Assembly: GCA_964016885.1 (NCBI GenBank)
Contig: OZ024742.1
Coordinates: 180,854,001-180,918,000, forward strand
DNA from: Eledone cirrhosa
Taxonomy: Eukaryota
Length of the DNA: 64,000 nt
Direction: 5' to 3'
Part shown: positions 51,721 to 64,000 of the stretch, one piece after another
Layout of the letters: each line of letters starts with the position of its first letter
Numbering within the stretch: position 1 is the first letter of the stretch
Translations under genes and position numbers: made by a program
The notes under the pieces: generated by a model
What the model saw: only the letters and a program-made list of their open reading frames with translations
Databases searched by the model: none
Told to the model about the DNA's origin: nothing

Positions 51721-53278
51721 AGGTCCTTACTTCACCATGTATTCTACTTATTTTGTAACTGAGCCCCAAATGACATCTGGCTGCTATTTCTCTTTATCTC
51801 AGTTGGCATCAGTAGTCTGGAAAGGCTGGCCAGCTTAGGGTGAAGTGTGAAAAGTATTTCTTTGCGTCATTTGACTCTGGTTCCTCAGCAAAGAAGTATC
51901 ACCTTGACCTCCTCAAGCAAGTAGCGAGATGTAGTACTTAGCAAAGAAACTCCAGCCCTGTCGACAAGGGCCTAACAGCAATTCCTCCACCAGCACTTCA
52001 ACTGCACACAGAATGCCTCTTCATATAGACAACACAGAAGCCTTTTTCTTTAAACACTGTATTCATCTGTGAGTGCTACCATCAAACTTTATAATTTTAT
52101 GATTCGAAATAATCATATTTCCTTTTTCCTTTTTAACTGAAGTGAAGTAATGTTATATATCTAACCAAAATTGTTGTATTTGTCATGTTTATCATCCTCT
52201 TCAACAACAGCCACTAACTTCACTTCAGCCTCTCATAACAACACATTCAGATAATTTTCTTTAAGCATCGGTGAAGGTAAGTATACCACTCTCATTCTAT
52301 GCATACCACTTCCCCATGATATCTTAGTTAACATTGCTTTGAAATCTTAGCATACCCCAGACAACCCCCCCACCCCCACTCCCACCACCACTACACTTCT
52401 GATCCTTATACTGCAGAAATGAGGAAACCTTTTTACTTTCTGACAAACCACTTTATATAATATAACACATTTATAAATGTGTATGTGTATGCATATCAAT
52501 ATATAAGTGCTTCTATATATTTACAGCCACAAATGCCTGTATATGTACCTGTGTATTTAAATCCAATTTACAATTTATAATTCAGTATATTGATTTTTAC
52601 ACTTCCAAAAGTTTTCACTTCTAAACATTAATCTATTTAGTTATAACATTAACTAACTAAATAATATAACAACATTTTCAGTGCATATTTGTTTTTGCCA
52701 TCTTTCTTTCTTGTTTTCTTTCTTGGTTTCTTTAATAATAGGGAGCCCCCAGTTCTATCACAAACACATATACTATTTTGTTGTTACAGCTCACACATAT
52801 GTTGGTTTAAGAGGTAGCTTATGAGGCTATATTTCAAAGGAGATATTCTATTGATAGGGGCCCCAGCTCTATCAATGAAAAGCTATGTGAAATGAAGCCT
52901 CTTGCCCAAGGTCCAGGAATTGAACTGTCAGGTCCATGAATTTAACCCATGTCCTTATGATCATGAGTCCAACATGCTAACCACTCGGCTATACACTTTT
53001 ACAAGTTGGCTTGGATGGTGATCTGTAATGCCAAGTTTCTGAATACTGCACAAGTAGTCTAGGTCTAATTTATGTGTAACTATCTCTAGGATGTGTGAGA
53101 TTTCTTATCCAGTTCAATATTAAAATTGCTCAGGGGCACCTTTTTATATATCAGTTGCATGAAGTGTCAGATCAATTTCATGGGATATGCAGGCCTAACA
53201 TGGCTGGTGGGTTCTTACTCAGATGTGTACGGATGACCCTATCTCGTTATTTATTTATTTATATATTTATTTATATAT

Positions 53279-53313
<35 letters not shown>

Positions 53314-53669
53314 TTGTGTGTCTATATAATCTTATAATCTAATATTAATGCATATAAAAGTTTTAATATATTCATTGTATAATCTCCATGCCTACTTCAC
53401 ATTTTTATATAACTTTGTATATATAACATGTTTATTTTTATGGCTTGGCTAAATTTTATGAGTAAGTTTTAATAGGATATTATCCTCTGTAAATATCTTT
53501 GTCATCCATATAGAAGAGAATGCTTATAGTTAGCAGTATCTTAATATCTTTCCTATTCTGTCTGCTGAGACCATGGGGCAGCATGCACCTGGAATTTTGC
53601 ACACTGAAGAGCATTCTCCTACATAGTTCTGGTATATTTCCCTGTGGCTGTGATGTTGGTGGTTTGTGT

Positions 53670-53739
<70 letters not shown>

Positions 53740-54214
53740 CACAGCTTAACAATGGATTACGGTGAATGATATTTAGATTGATATTAAAACACTTTAACAA
53801 TTTGTTACCATATTTCTAATGAAAGGCTCTGCCTATGTATGATTATGGTTTTGTTGAGCAGATATTTTCCTGCAGTCATGAAGCTATTAATCGTATGTAA
53901 CCCCTTCGACAGCTTGAATGGTATTCCATCTCAAATGAGAACCAGATAAGATTCAAAACCAATCAAATAAAGTATTTTTTTCTATCCACAACAAGAAAAA
54001 AAAACCCCAGTTATTAGTTTAAATATATTACAATTCAGTTCAACCCATGCTAACATGGAAAAACAGATGTAAAAATGATGATGGATGATGATGTGTGAAG
54101 GTTTCTGATGTATTATGATAAAAGGTTTAGCTTTCATCATCCTACATACAGATATAGCAGGGAATGAATATTGTTTACTGCATAACTAATATCTTAATAT
54201 TATTGATAAATGCA

Positions 54215-54320
54215 CCCGCCGAGGTTGACTTTGCCTTTCATCCTTATGGGGGCGATAAAAGAAAGTGCCAGTAATGCACTAGGTAATTGCTGGCCTTGTG
54301 CCTAAAGTAGAAACAATTAT
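54215..54320 (+). mobile_element. 5'-truncated family A SINE with TSD
   Basis: ATTATTGATAAATGCACCC duplicated on both sides. Confidence 0.85.
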
Positions 54321-54864
54321 TGATAAATGCACCCAGTACATGCTGTAAATTGATTGGTAATAGCAAGGGCATTTAACTGTAGAAAGCTTGCCAAACAAAG
54401 GGTTGGAAAGACCTTTCATTTTGAGTCAAAAGACATAAAGACCTCTTTTGTACACTCAGATGAATGTGAGACAGTATGTAAACAAGATGCAGACCCTTGG
54501 CCTGTCTGGAAGATCAGTAGCCCTGCTTCAGTACTGACTTGGTCTATATTGACATTTCTAACCCTTGCAAGCAGGGAAAGTGGACATTAAAATGATAATG
54601 ATGATGATGATAACACATGATGATGTTATACATGATTGTATAACATATAAAAACCTGATATTTCCAAACTCAGGTAATAATTGAGAAAATAGGGTAAGTT
54701 ACATTTCTAGATGGAAAGAGTTTACAGTGGTATAATACAATCACATAGTATGCATTTTTGCACAAGTGCCTTAGTCTAATTTCTTCTAACTCTAATGGTA
54801 ATTTACACAAATTCTCAATTATTATCTATAGTGATCAATTGTTATCTCAGTTATTTCCTGCATT

Positions 54865-55249
54865 TAGGACTGTCACTGGGAATAAAAGCTTAACAACCTC
54901 CCACCAGTAACAATAATGGAACTAAAGACAAGCAAGGCTCTTCCCTCTGGAGCAGATACAAACTATGCAGTGTGGAAATGGTTAAACAGACTAAGATCTG
55001 GTGTTGGATGTGCAACAGTCACTCTTGCAAAAGGGATATATTTAAAGGATGGGGACGTTGTGTGTGACTGCAGCATCGAACCACAGACTACACAGCACCT
55101 CCTGATATGCCCCCTGCTGGAACACCCCTGCACAGCATTGGACTTGGCAGAGTTTAATGAAAAAAGGCAGAAATGTGTTCAGCTGTGGCGGAACCACAAC
55201 TAGCCAAGCTTTATAACTGACACTCTTGTGGACGTGACAAGAAGAAGAT
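54865..55249 (+). mobile_element. Vingi/Ingi-like (I group) LINE 3' fragment
   Basis: WKWLNRLRSGVGC...CDCSIEPQTTQHLLICP...CT..DL zinc finger; (GAA)n tail. Confidence 0.7.
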
Positions 55250-55279
55250 GGACTCTCACATTTTCCAATTTCAATCATT

Positions 55280-56600
55280 CACACTTGTCATCGCTGGTCT
55301 GGTAGGGGAGTTGCACCATCCTAAACAGATCTATCCATGACAACCTCCACTTCATACGACATATCAACTGAGATCAATCGAAATCTTTCAATATGATCAA
55401 CCATTGTTACCTGTTGACAGTCCTCAATGCAGCTGGCTTTGGTCCTGTTGTTAGAGGTTGGATTGCTGCAATTCACAGTATCATCTGTTCTGTGGTTAGA
55501 GTGAATGGTTACCTTTAGCAATTATTTAACAACATGTGCTTGGTCTGCCAAGGTTGTCCCCTCTCTCATCTCTTTTATATATATTCACTCTCAAGTCATT
55601 ACTACACAAATTGAGGATGGTGAGGGGCCATCCAACATGAACTAGGACATGGGAGATCTGTCCTATGATGCACAAACAAGCACTGAGAGGACAACATCTT
55701 CAGCTTTTCTTTCATGGTGAAAAGGTGTAGTTGCTGTTAGCTAGACATATTTTTCCACAGCTCATCTCCGTGGATACTAGAATGTCTCCAAGCACTCAGT
55801 GCCTACAGCTAATCAGGCAGTTGGTGGAGATTCCTCCCTAGCAATAAATAGAGTGTTAGTGGTGGTATATGTGACGATATTAATGGGGACATTAATGAGC
55901 ATTAACAATAAACAACTAGTTAATCTTTTCTGGAAAACATTCAATCCAGGGCCCATGGATAGCATCCAGAAATCCCTGGCCAGGCAGTGCTACCGAGGGG
56001 AATTGCTAGTTCAAGATAAATTCTACAGGCATGAAAGTGCCATCAGTTGAGCTTGTCTGAAATGTGCACAGGGCAAGGAAAACATCCTGCACACATTTGT
56101 TGAGTGTCTGAGCAATACTGGCTTGTGGGTTTATGTAAAACACCTGCTGTCATGTGTAGGACAGATCTGGCTATCAGCAGAATCCATTGTCAAAATCGCC
56201 CCACCACCTTCCTTTAGCTTGGAAGGGTAGGCAGATTTTATCTGCATGGTGCCCATAGCAAAAGAGGTCATGTGGTGGATTCATCTGAAAGTGTTGAAGA
56301 CAAGCACTTTCCTCTTTGGTGAAACCTTGATTAACTTTTTCAGGTTTCACCTGAAGGAAAACATCAGGGTGGAGAAGGTAGTGCTGCCTTCCAACCAGTT
56401 TATTGAAAGGTGGGTGAGAGAGGTGTACATGGTCCTAGTGAATGGGCTTTCTCTGAATATATGCCTGTAAATTGGAGCAGGACAACTGGGAGAGGGCACT
56501 TGCCCTAGCGATCATTGTTGCCATGGCTTTTTGTGGGCTTTTTCCACAAGTGACTCTTGAGGTCTCCCAAATTTTGGGAAATTTGTTATGTTTGATTTTT
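55280..56600 (+). mobile_element. old degraded Tx1 copy
   Basis: ATCCATGACAACCTCCAC, GPMDSIQKSLARQCYRG and VNGLSLNICL* match the 34865-39792 element. Confidence 0.85.
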
Positions 56601-56699
56601 TTAAATGTTTATTTTTTTTAGTATATACAATTAATTATTTCTAGGAACCTTATAAGTATAATACAAAAAAAGGAAACAAAAACAAAAACTACCATCAAT

Positions 56700-57635
56700 T
56701 CTCCACCGCAGTTAGCTTTCCCTTTCATCCTTACAGGCTTGAGAAAATAAAGTACCAGTAAGCACTGGGGTCGATTTAATCGACTTTCCCCTTCTCTTCA
56801 AATTGCTGGTCTTGTGTGTAAAGTAGGAACAATTATTATTATTATTGTTGAGGCAGTAATAAAGAAATCAGATAGAATGTTTTGCAGTAATCATTCTGGA
56901 TGTTTGCACTCTGAGTTCAAATTCCACTAAGGTCAACTTCGTTTTTCATCTTTCTGGAGTCAATAAAATAAGAGATATCAGTCAAACACGGGGAGTCAAT
57001 ATAATTGACTTGCTTTTCTATCACAAAATTCTGACACTGTTCCTAAATTAGAAAGCATTAGTTAAAGCACAGAGCAAAATATTTTGCTGGATTTATTTAA
57101 AACCCTGTACATTCTGAGTCCAAATTTATTCAAGGTCAAATTTGCCCTTCATCCTTCTGGGATCAATAAAATAAAGTAACAATAGAGTTTTAAGATTCAT
57201 GCATTCGACTTTCCTCTCCCAACAAATTACTGGCTTTGTGTCTCCTAAATTTGTGGCATCGAGTTATAGTCCTTTACATTCTGAGTTCAAATCCCGCCGA
57301 GGTTAACTTTGCCTTTCATCCTTACGGGGTCGATAAAATAAAGTACCAGTCACGCACTGGGGTCGATTTAATCGACTTTCCCCTTCCCAAGAATTGCTGG
57401 CCTTGTGCCTAAATAAGAAACCATTATTATTATTATTAGGGCGGTGGATTGGCAGTACCGGTACAGCACCAGACCACATGCTTTGTGGCATAGGATTATG
57501 GCCCTTTACATTCTGAGTTCAAATCCCGCCGAGATAAACTTTGCCTTTCATCCTTACAGGGCCGATAAAATAAAGCACCAATAATACACTGGGGTAATTG
57601 CTGGCCTTGTGCCTAAAGTAGAAACAATTATTATT
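56700..57635 (+). mobile_element. cluster of ~5 co-oriented family A SINEs of different ages
   Basis: Core motif recurs at ~56715, 56935, 57140, 57305, 57540. Confidence 0.85.
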
Positions 57636-58530
57636 ATTATCACCTTCATCAATATCTTCAGTCTATTAATACGGCAAATGTTCCATTACACCTGCTGCAG
57701 CATTACTGCTGACCTTCTCCTTGCTACATACAAACCATTTCCTTTTAAAATCTCACCAAACTTTCCATTCTTTATTATTAACTTTATCATCATTATCATT
57801 AATAGCATCATTATTATCATCATCATCACCATAATCATCATCTTTATCATCATCACCATCATCCTTATTATTTTGATACTGTTCTTTATTCATTTATTTC
57901 ATTATTTATCTTACACTATAAGACACTATAATAGTTTAAACTGCTATCATATTTGTTATAACACGTCTAGACAAGTCTCGACAGCAGCCTAACAAATTAC
58001 AACAACAGCAATAGTAACAGAAATAGCAAACTAATCTACAACAGGAAGAAGACAAAATAGCGATAACAACAAAAGCAACAACCACAGAAACAAAATATAT
58101 TAACACAAAGTCTGTGTGAGCAAAACAAAACAAGATTTGATTTTTTTTTATTTGATATATTATCATCTGTGTGTAGTTGTCATTGTATCATCCTCATCAT
58201 CATCATCATCATTATTTTAACATCCATTTTCCTTACCAACAAGGATTGGATTGTTCTATATAGACCAAGTCAGTGCATGAAGTGGGGCAACCTGTCTCTC
58301 AGACCGGTTAGTGATCTGTATCTCGCTTATGGTATGGTCTCACATTCTATCGAGTGTACAAAAGAGGTTGTCATGTCTTTGACACAACTGAGGGTCCTCC
58401 CAACCCTTTGTTTGGCAAGTTTTCTATGGCTGGATGCCTTTCCTATCACCAACCTTTTTACAGTGTTTCCTAGGGGCATTTATCATGTTGATCACGATCA
58501 ATATATATTTATATATATATATATATATAT

Positions 58531-58591
<61 letters not shown>

Positions 58592-58593
<2 letters not shown>

Positions 58594-58924
58594 TGGTAAA
58601 CACAGATCCATATTGAGGGTGCTGGTGTACTCTGTCTCTGACTGTAGGAGCTGATGTCTTATTAGGTGATGAAGTAACGCTGTAGGTGTTTCAGCCCCTT
58701 CCACTGTGACACCAGAGCTACTCGGTGGGACTCACCAATGTAGGTGATGAAACTCCTGCACAACAACACAATTTTTGGTGAGTATGATGTTGTGTCTTCA
58801 CCTACCCTAATGCATCAGAAGAGAAAGAAATTTAATGGGTCTGGTGTTATAACTCCAAGTGAGATGTCTCCATCCACCTCAGTGTGTTGAGCGCACCATT
58901 TATCTCTTCTCTTTTAAGCCAGAT
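58592..58924 (-). mobile_element. Hero-like LINE 3' end (continuation of 61835-62420)
   Basis: Minus strand begins ATCTGGCTTAAAAGAGAAGAG = IWLKREE, completing the ...ALLKATVKVNYY peptide on the far side of the CR1. Confidence 0.6.
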
Positions 58925-61834
58925 AATAATGATAATAATGAAAATATTGTGTACAGTGCTCAGGTGCACTACAACTCATCAAAAGTGTATGTATAGTACA
59001 TAGGGTAATGTACAAACGTCAGGAAAATGAACAGTGCATGCGTCATGATATACACATGTGTGCATGTGCATGGAAGGGGGACATCAGGTGTTGTTTTGGC
59101 GAATTTCCGGAAGCATGAGGGTTTTAAAGTGTCTCAGCAGCTAACAACTGACGCAGGCAGTTTGTTCCATGCTTCAGCAACACTAAGCGTGAAAAAATGT
59201 TTCCGAATGTCATGGGAGCTGTGCTGTTTTCTGACTTTGTAGGCATGTCCACGTGTGTTAGACACATGGAGATCAATAAGGTGCTCAGGGTTGTTATTGG
59301 CAAGATGGTTAATAACTTTGTTGGTGGTTACCAAGTCCATTGCCAGACATCGGAGCTTGAATGAATCCATGCCCAGGGAAGTAAGGCGTTCAGAGTATAG
59401 TAGGTGTCTGATGAAGGATATGTGCTTGGTTGCACGTCTCTGAACAGTTTCCAGGAGGTCAATGTTCTGAGCAAGATAGGGGTTCCAGACTGATGATGCG
59501 AATTCCAAGTGTGGTCGTACCATAGCTGTATACAGTTTTAAATAGATGGCTGGATAGCGGCTAACAAAGGTCTTGCAGAGTGATGCCAAGACACCCTCGG
59601 CCTTCTTGACAATTTTAGAGATGTGCTTTGTCCAACGCAAATCGCTGCTGACAGTAATGCCCAGGTCACATTCACAAGAGGACTTCGTGATATCAGTGTT
59701 GTGGAGGAGTATGTGGACGCTGGATTTTTCCTCCCAAAATGCATGGTGGTACACTTGTCCACAGCCAGCTTCAGTTGCCAGTCTGTGATCCATTGCTGCA
59801 TTGTGTCCAGGTCTGATTGTAGGAAAGAGTTATAGATTTCAGGATCTGTCCTTTTGATTTCAAGGTACAGCTTGATGTCATCTGCATATTTCAGTACGGT
59901 GGTATTCTTTAAGTTAGCATCTATGTCATTAATGTATGCAACAAACAAAAGGGGACCAAGAACAGAGCCCTGTGGTACACCAGATGACATCTCACATGGT
60001 GAAGAATGCTGTCCTAGAACCGTCACTACCTCTTTTCGGCTGAGAATGAAGGATTTCAACCAGTTTAAAAGATCATCCTTCACACCCATTGCAGAGAGTT
60101 TTGCCATAAGACTTTTGTGTGGTACAGAATTAAAAGCCTTAGCGAAGTCAAGGTAGATAACATCCACCCATGAGCTGCTGTCAGTGATCTGGGTGATGTC
60201 TTCAAGGAACTTGATTAGCTGATCACAGCAGCTGGAGTTAGGGATAAATCCAAATTGCGAGGGCCGGATGAGGCTGTGAGAGCTCCAGAAGTTCCAAAAT
60301 GTTTCTCTGACACAGGATTCCATCAGTTCGGCAATACAGCTAGTAAGACTGACTGGATGATAGTTGACAGGTGACGTGCGGTCGCCCTTTTTGAACAGGG
60401 GAATGATACCGGAAGTTTTCCACTGCTCCGGAGTAACACCATTGTTGAGACAGTATTGAAAGAAGAAAGAAAGCTGGTGCAAAAGGAAGTACCTGCCACG
60501 TTTGAGAAGCAGGTATGTAACACCATCAAGACCAGGGGAGGCATAGTTGTGCTTATTCTTAAGGTGACGTCGCAGCATTGCAGGTGTAAATTCCATAGTT
60601 GTTATGGAATTTGATGTTAGAGATGGTGGAGATGGTACATTTTGGTTTTCAACAGTAAAAATGCTTGCATAGCACTCAGCAATGAGTTCTGCGCATTCTT
60701 TGGGATCGTTAGTGATCTGGCTTGTGTTGGGATTGTGAAGAGGATCAACTGGAGAGTGAGGTTTCTGCTTTGAATGTACATATTTCCAGAACACCTTACT
60801 CTCAGGATTGGTTGCTATGCACTCTTCAAATTCAAGCACTGCCTTTTTTGTCACTTGCTTGAGATGGTTGGAAGATTTATTCCACTTTTTTCTGTTGGCA
60901 TCTGATTTATGCAGTTTATATTCCTGTTCAGCATTCCGACATTTTTTCCTGGCAAGTGGGACTGCTGAAGGGTCCAAAAGTGCACTTTTGGGGTTGTTTT
61001 GTTTCCATATTGAATCCAGGATGGTCTGGAGTGTAGTGTTCACATCTCCAGAGTTATAGAACTCATGCCAGTTTGGGCACTGCAGTACAAGTTCCAATCT
61101 GCTTTCTTCCAATCAAAGCAAGCAGATTGGAGATGGTTCTGGTTTTTGTTGCTGCCCGCAAGAGTCAGTTTGGCAATGATCATAGCATGATCAGAGTCGC
61201 CTAGAGGTTCCTCAGTAGTACAACTGATAACCACTTCAGGAGTAGTGGTGAAGAGCAGGTCCAAAGTGTTGTCACTTCTTGCTGGAGAGGTGACTACTTA
61301 TGACCGGTTTGAGTCCAGCACTAGCTCAAGGAAAACGTTTGCACTTTGTGGCCAATGAAAGGTTCCCCAATCGATCTCAGGATGATTGCAGTCACCTGCA
61401 ATAAACACATAAGTGGCTGTTTTCCTGGCAGCAGCTCTGAGGATATCACAAAGCTGTGTGTCCTGATGGTAGTTTTTTTTGGGGGGGGGGGCGATAAACA
61501 ACACCAAGCATACATATGTCACAGAAAAAAACTTCTTGTGATTCGTTCAAATCAACGCAAGGAATTACCGAAAAATTTGAACGAACGTAGACCATCACAC
61601 CACCACCACGGCGATTAATCGGTCCTTGCGGAACAGGTTGTACCCAGTAATGCTGAAAACCCCATCACAGAGTAAGGAATGTGCCCATGTTTCTGTGACT
61701 GTGATGAAGTCAGGGTCGATGCTTCTGACGTAGGAGTTAAACAGATATATCTTGTTGCATAAACTGCGAACATTTAAGGACAACAATTTGTACCCTGCTT
61801 GCAGTTTATGGTGGTGTGTAGAGGATGGCAGGTT
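58925..61834 (-). mobile_element. CR1-clade LINE (APE and RT), frameshifted
   Basis: LSLNVRSL, VTETW, AGDCN, LGDSDH, YLDFAKAFNSV, VPQGSVLGPLLF, KYADDIK, TRGH; (AAT)n tail. Confidence 0.95.
59538..61112 (-). CDS. CR1 ORF2 reverse transcriptase fragment (disrupted element)
   Basis: All RT motifs present in the 524-aa ORF; frameshifts at both ends. Confidence 0.8.
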   Translation of the reverse strand: MEESRLELVLQCPNWHEFYNSGDVNTTLQTILDSIWKQNNPKSALLDPSAVPLARKKCRNAEQEYKLHKSDANRKKWNKSSNHLKQVTKKAVLEFEECIATNPESKVFWKYVHSKQKPHSPVDPLHNPNTSQITNDPKECAELIAECYASIFTVENQNVPSPPSLTSNSITTMEFTPAMLRRHLKNKHNYASPGLDGVTYLLLKRGRYFLLHQLSFFFQYCLNNGVTPEQWKTSGIIPLFKKGDRTSPVNYHPVSLTSCIAELMESCVRETFWNFWSSHSLIRPSQFGFIPNSSCCDQLIKFLEDITQITDSSSWVDVIYLDFAKAFNSVPHKSLMAKLSAMGVKDDLLNWLKSFILSRKEVVTVLGQHSSPCEMSSGVPQGSVLGPLLFVAYINDIDANLKNTTVLKYADDIKLYLEIKRTDPEIYNSFLQSDLDTMQQWITDWQLKLAVDKCTTMHFGRKNPASTYSSTTLISRSPLVNVTWALLSAAICVGQSTSLKLSRRPRVSWHHSARPLLAAIQPSI

Positions 61835-62420
61835 GTAGTAATTCACTTTCACAGTTGCCTTCAGTAATGCCCTAGAAAGGTATTTCCTTTCTTTTAGCAC
61901 CAATCTAAAGCCCTGAGGAATGAGACAGCTCTGATTCTGACAAATCCTCTGACTTTTGCCTCTACAAGGAAACAGAATGCTTCCCATCCACAGGTTTCAC
62001 AGAGTTCAACCAGCGCACTAACCTTCCTGTTTAATGGATTATCGATGTTTGCCTCCCAAGAGACAGTAAGCTTCACCACCTTCCTCTCCTTGCACCACAA
62101 GATTGAGCTCAGGTCTTTTAGTAGTAAAATGAGGAAAGTGGTATTTGCTGTCCAGGTCAACTGAGACCTCCCAGATCCCCTCCCATATTCAGTCAGTCTC
62201 CTTTCTTACAGTGACTGGCTTGCAGTGTTCCCCTTCTTTACAAAACTTCATCTTGCTTTTCTCCACTACTTTCTATCTCTGCATCTGCCCGTACTCTAAT
62301 CAGCTGATTATGCTGCCATGTATATCTATTCTTCAGGCCCAAGGAAAACTAAACAGTATGGATTTCATTGTTCCAGCCTTCCCACATTTGAGCAGACCAC
62401 TCTCTTCTACTTCCTAACGT
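61835..62420 (-). mobile_element. Hero/NeSL-like LINE remnant (restriction-like endonuclease)
   Basis: DLDSKYHFP..TKRPE / LW...KLTVSWEANI...RK...LCETCGW....VEAKVRGF...FLRAL pattern. Confidence 0.65.
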
Positions 62421-63591
62421 TTTAGATGTGTGGGACTAGGAAGAATGTCATAGATAGAGCAAACCAGAAAACTAGTTCTGACTGGGTCCCATAACCACAA
62501 TTTTTTCTATCTGATTTTCCACACACACAGTCCTTGATAACCACATTGCACAAAGACCACATACTGACTTCTCACTTCCTCCCTCTATAACTAGTCAACT
62601 AGTGCAACCCTTCACTCTCTCTGATTCATAGTGTAATATGGTTTGAATTGAGAATTTCTAAGGTCCTTTCTATTGCTCTGTGTAGGACCTACTTTGTATC
62701 TTAGAGAGGCCATGAAGTATTCCATTGCCTCCAATGCCATCCATTTTTTCCAGTCATGAGTCATAATAGGTAGAATTTCAATTTATCCTATTTCCCATAT
62801 ATTACCTCTCAATTTTTTATGCTATACGTAATTAGAATTTCCATTTGTTACCTCTCAGTTTATTCTTTATATATAACTAGATTTGCTACATCTAACCTCC
62901 CAGTTTAGTATATAATATATATTTAGAATTCTTCTTGATTCACTCTGTTATACATAACTGAATTCCGATATATTAATAGTTTTTACTGTCGTACTTAATT
63001 AGTACTTTCCATACCTTACTATTCCATAAGTCCACTTTAATTTAATTTAGCATAATATACATAATTATAATTTCCACACATTCTCATTGTTGCCCACCCC
63101 AATAACATTATCAATTTTATTTTTTCATCCTTATTTATTCCCTCCTTCATCTCCGCCTTCATTCTCCCTCCTTCCTTACCTCTCTCCATTCCCTCTCTTT
63201 CCCTCTATCTATCTATAGTTCCTGAAAACTTTAGCAATCTTAGTAATTGATGCAAGGGTAAATATTACGGGAAATGATTTAGTTCTTTCAGTCTGTTACT
63301 CAAGCATTTCGCTTCTGTCTCGGTTCATTTCACTTTACTTTTTTATTCTTTGTCCATTTTTTTAATTATTTTTATTTATTTATTTTTGTTTTGTTTTTAC
63401 TTTGGTCATTTTTATTCAGAATCTATATTTTAACCCTTATATATTTATATATTTTAATCCTTATATATATTTCTTTATATGTATTTCTTATATTTTTCAT
63501 ATAATTTTTATCTTTAATTTCTTATTTTTAATTATTTTATTCTCGCATTTGTTTCTTATCCTTTAAGTAATATTATTATTTATTATTTATC

Positions 63592-63775
63592 GATTGGCAG
63601 TATCGGTAGAGGGTCGGACGCCATGCTTTGCAGCAAAGAGTTACGGCCCTTTATGGTCTGAGTTCAAATCCTGCCGAGGTTAACTTTGCCTTTCATCCTT
63701 ACAGGGTCGATAAAATAAAGTACCAGTGATGCACTGGGTGATTGCTGGCCTTGTGCCAAAGGTAGAAACAATTAT
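63592..63775 (+). mobile_element. family A SINE
   Basis: Full-length match to other copies. Confidence 0.9.
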
Positions 63776-64000
63776 TTATCTTTTATTTACAGTCCATCTG
63801 TACAGTACTACCATGAATAGCATTATTATTGTTGTTGTTGGTGGTGGTGTCACCACTGCCGCCACTGTCACCACCGCTGGTGTTGCTGCTGGTGTTGCTG
63901 CTGTCATCAGAGCAATCCCCAACATCTTTATTGTTGGTGTTGTTGCATGTATTGGATGCACAGCTGCTCTTGCTGGTGTGGCAGCTGTGATGTCGTAATA

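Noticed and set aside
58650-58715. GGTGTC...GAAACACC hairpin in the Hero-like 3'UTR as a type III hammerhead
   Set aside because: No CUGANGA between the GUC and GAAA elements

Overview
AT-rich eukaryotic DNA dominated by repeats. The SINE/LINE content and the abundance of (TA)n/(GATA)n/(ATC)n suggest a coleoid cephalopod, probably Octopus (inference). I can support no host protein-coding exon; most ORF-track entries are microsatellite or low-complexity artefacts. Recognisable coding sequence comes from non-LTR retrotransposons of several clades: RTE (several copies, one with an uninterrupted RT frame), CR1 (two), Tx1 (one near full-length copy in a (TATC)n tract, one old copy), and remnants of R4/Dong, Hero-like and Vingi/Ingi-like elements. 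There are also many tRNA-derived SINEs and a hAT MITE. The most interesting signal is invisible in the ORF track: at least five non-coding fold-back elements inserted in (TA)n microsatellites. They share one architecture: two inverted arms with 3' ends facing outward, one arm carrying an extra tail. Several contain type I hammerhead ribozyme (HHR) folds. These include a 3.1-kb palindrome with 1.1-kb arms and two mirror-image hammerheads, a hammerhead variant with a 90-116 nt helix II found in two sequence-unrelated elements, and a 313-nt retrozyme-like unit with a canonical GUC hammerhead. Together they look like a Penelope-mobilised, ribozyme-based non-autonomous retroelement system. All folds and alignments were read by eye and are not computed.
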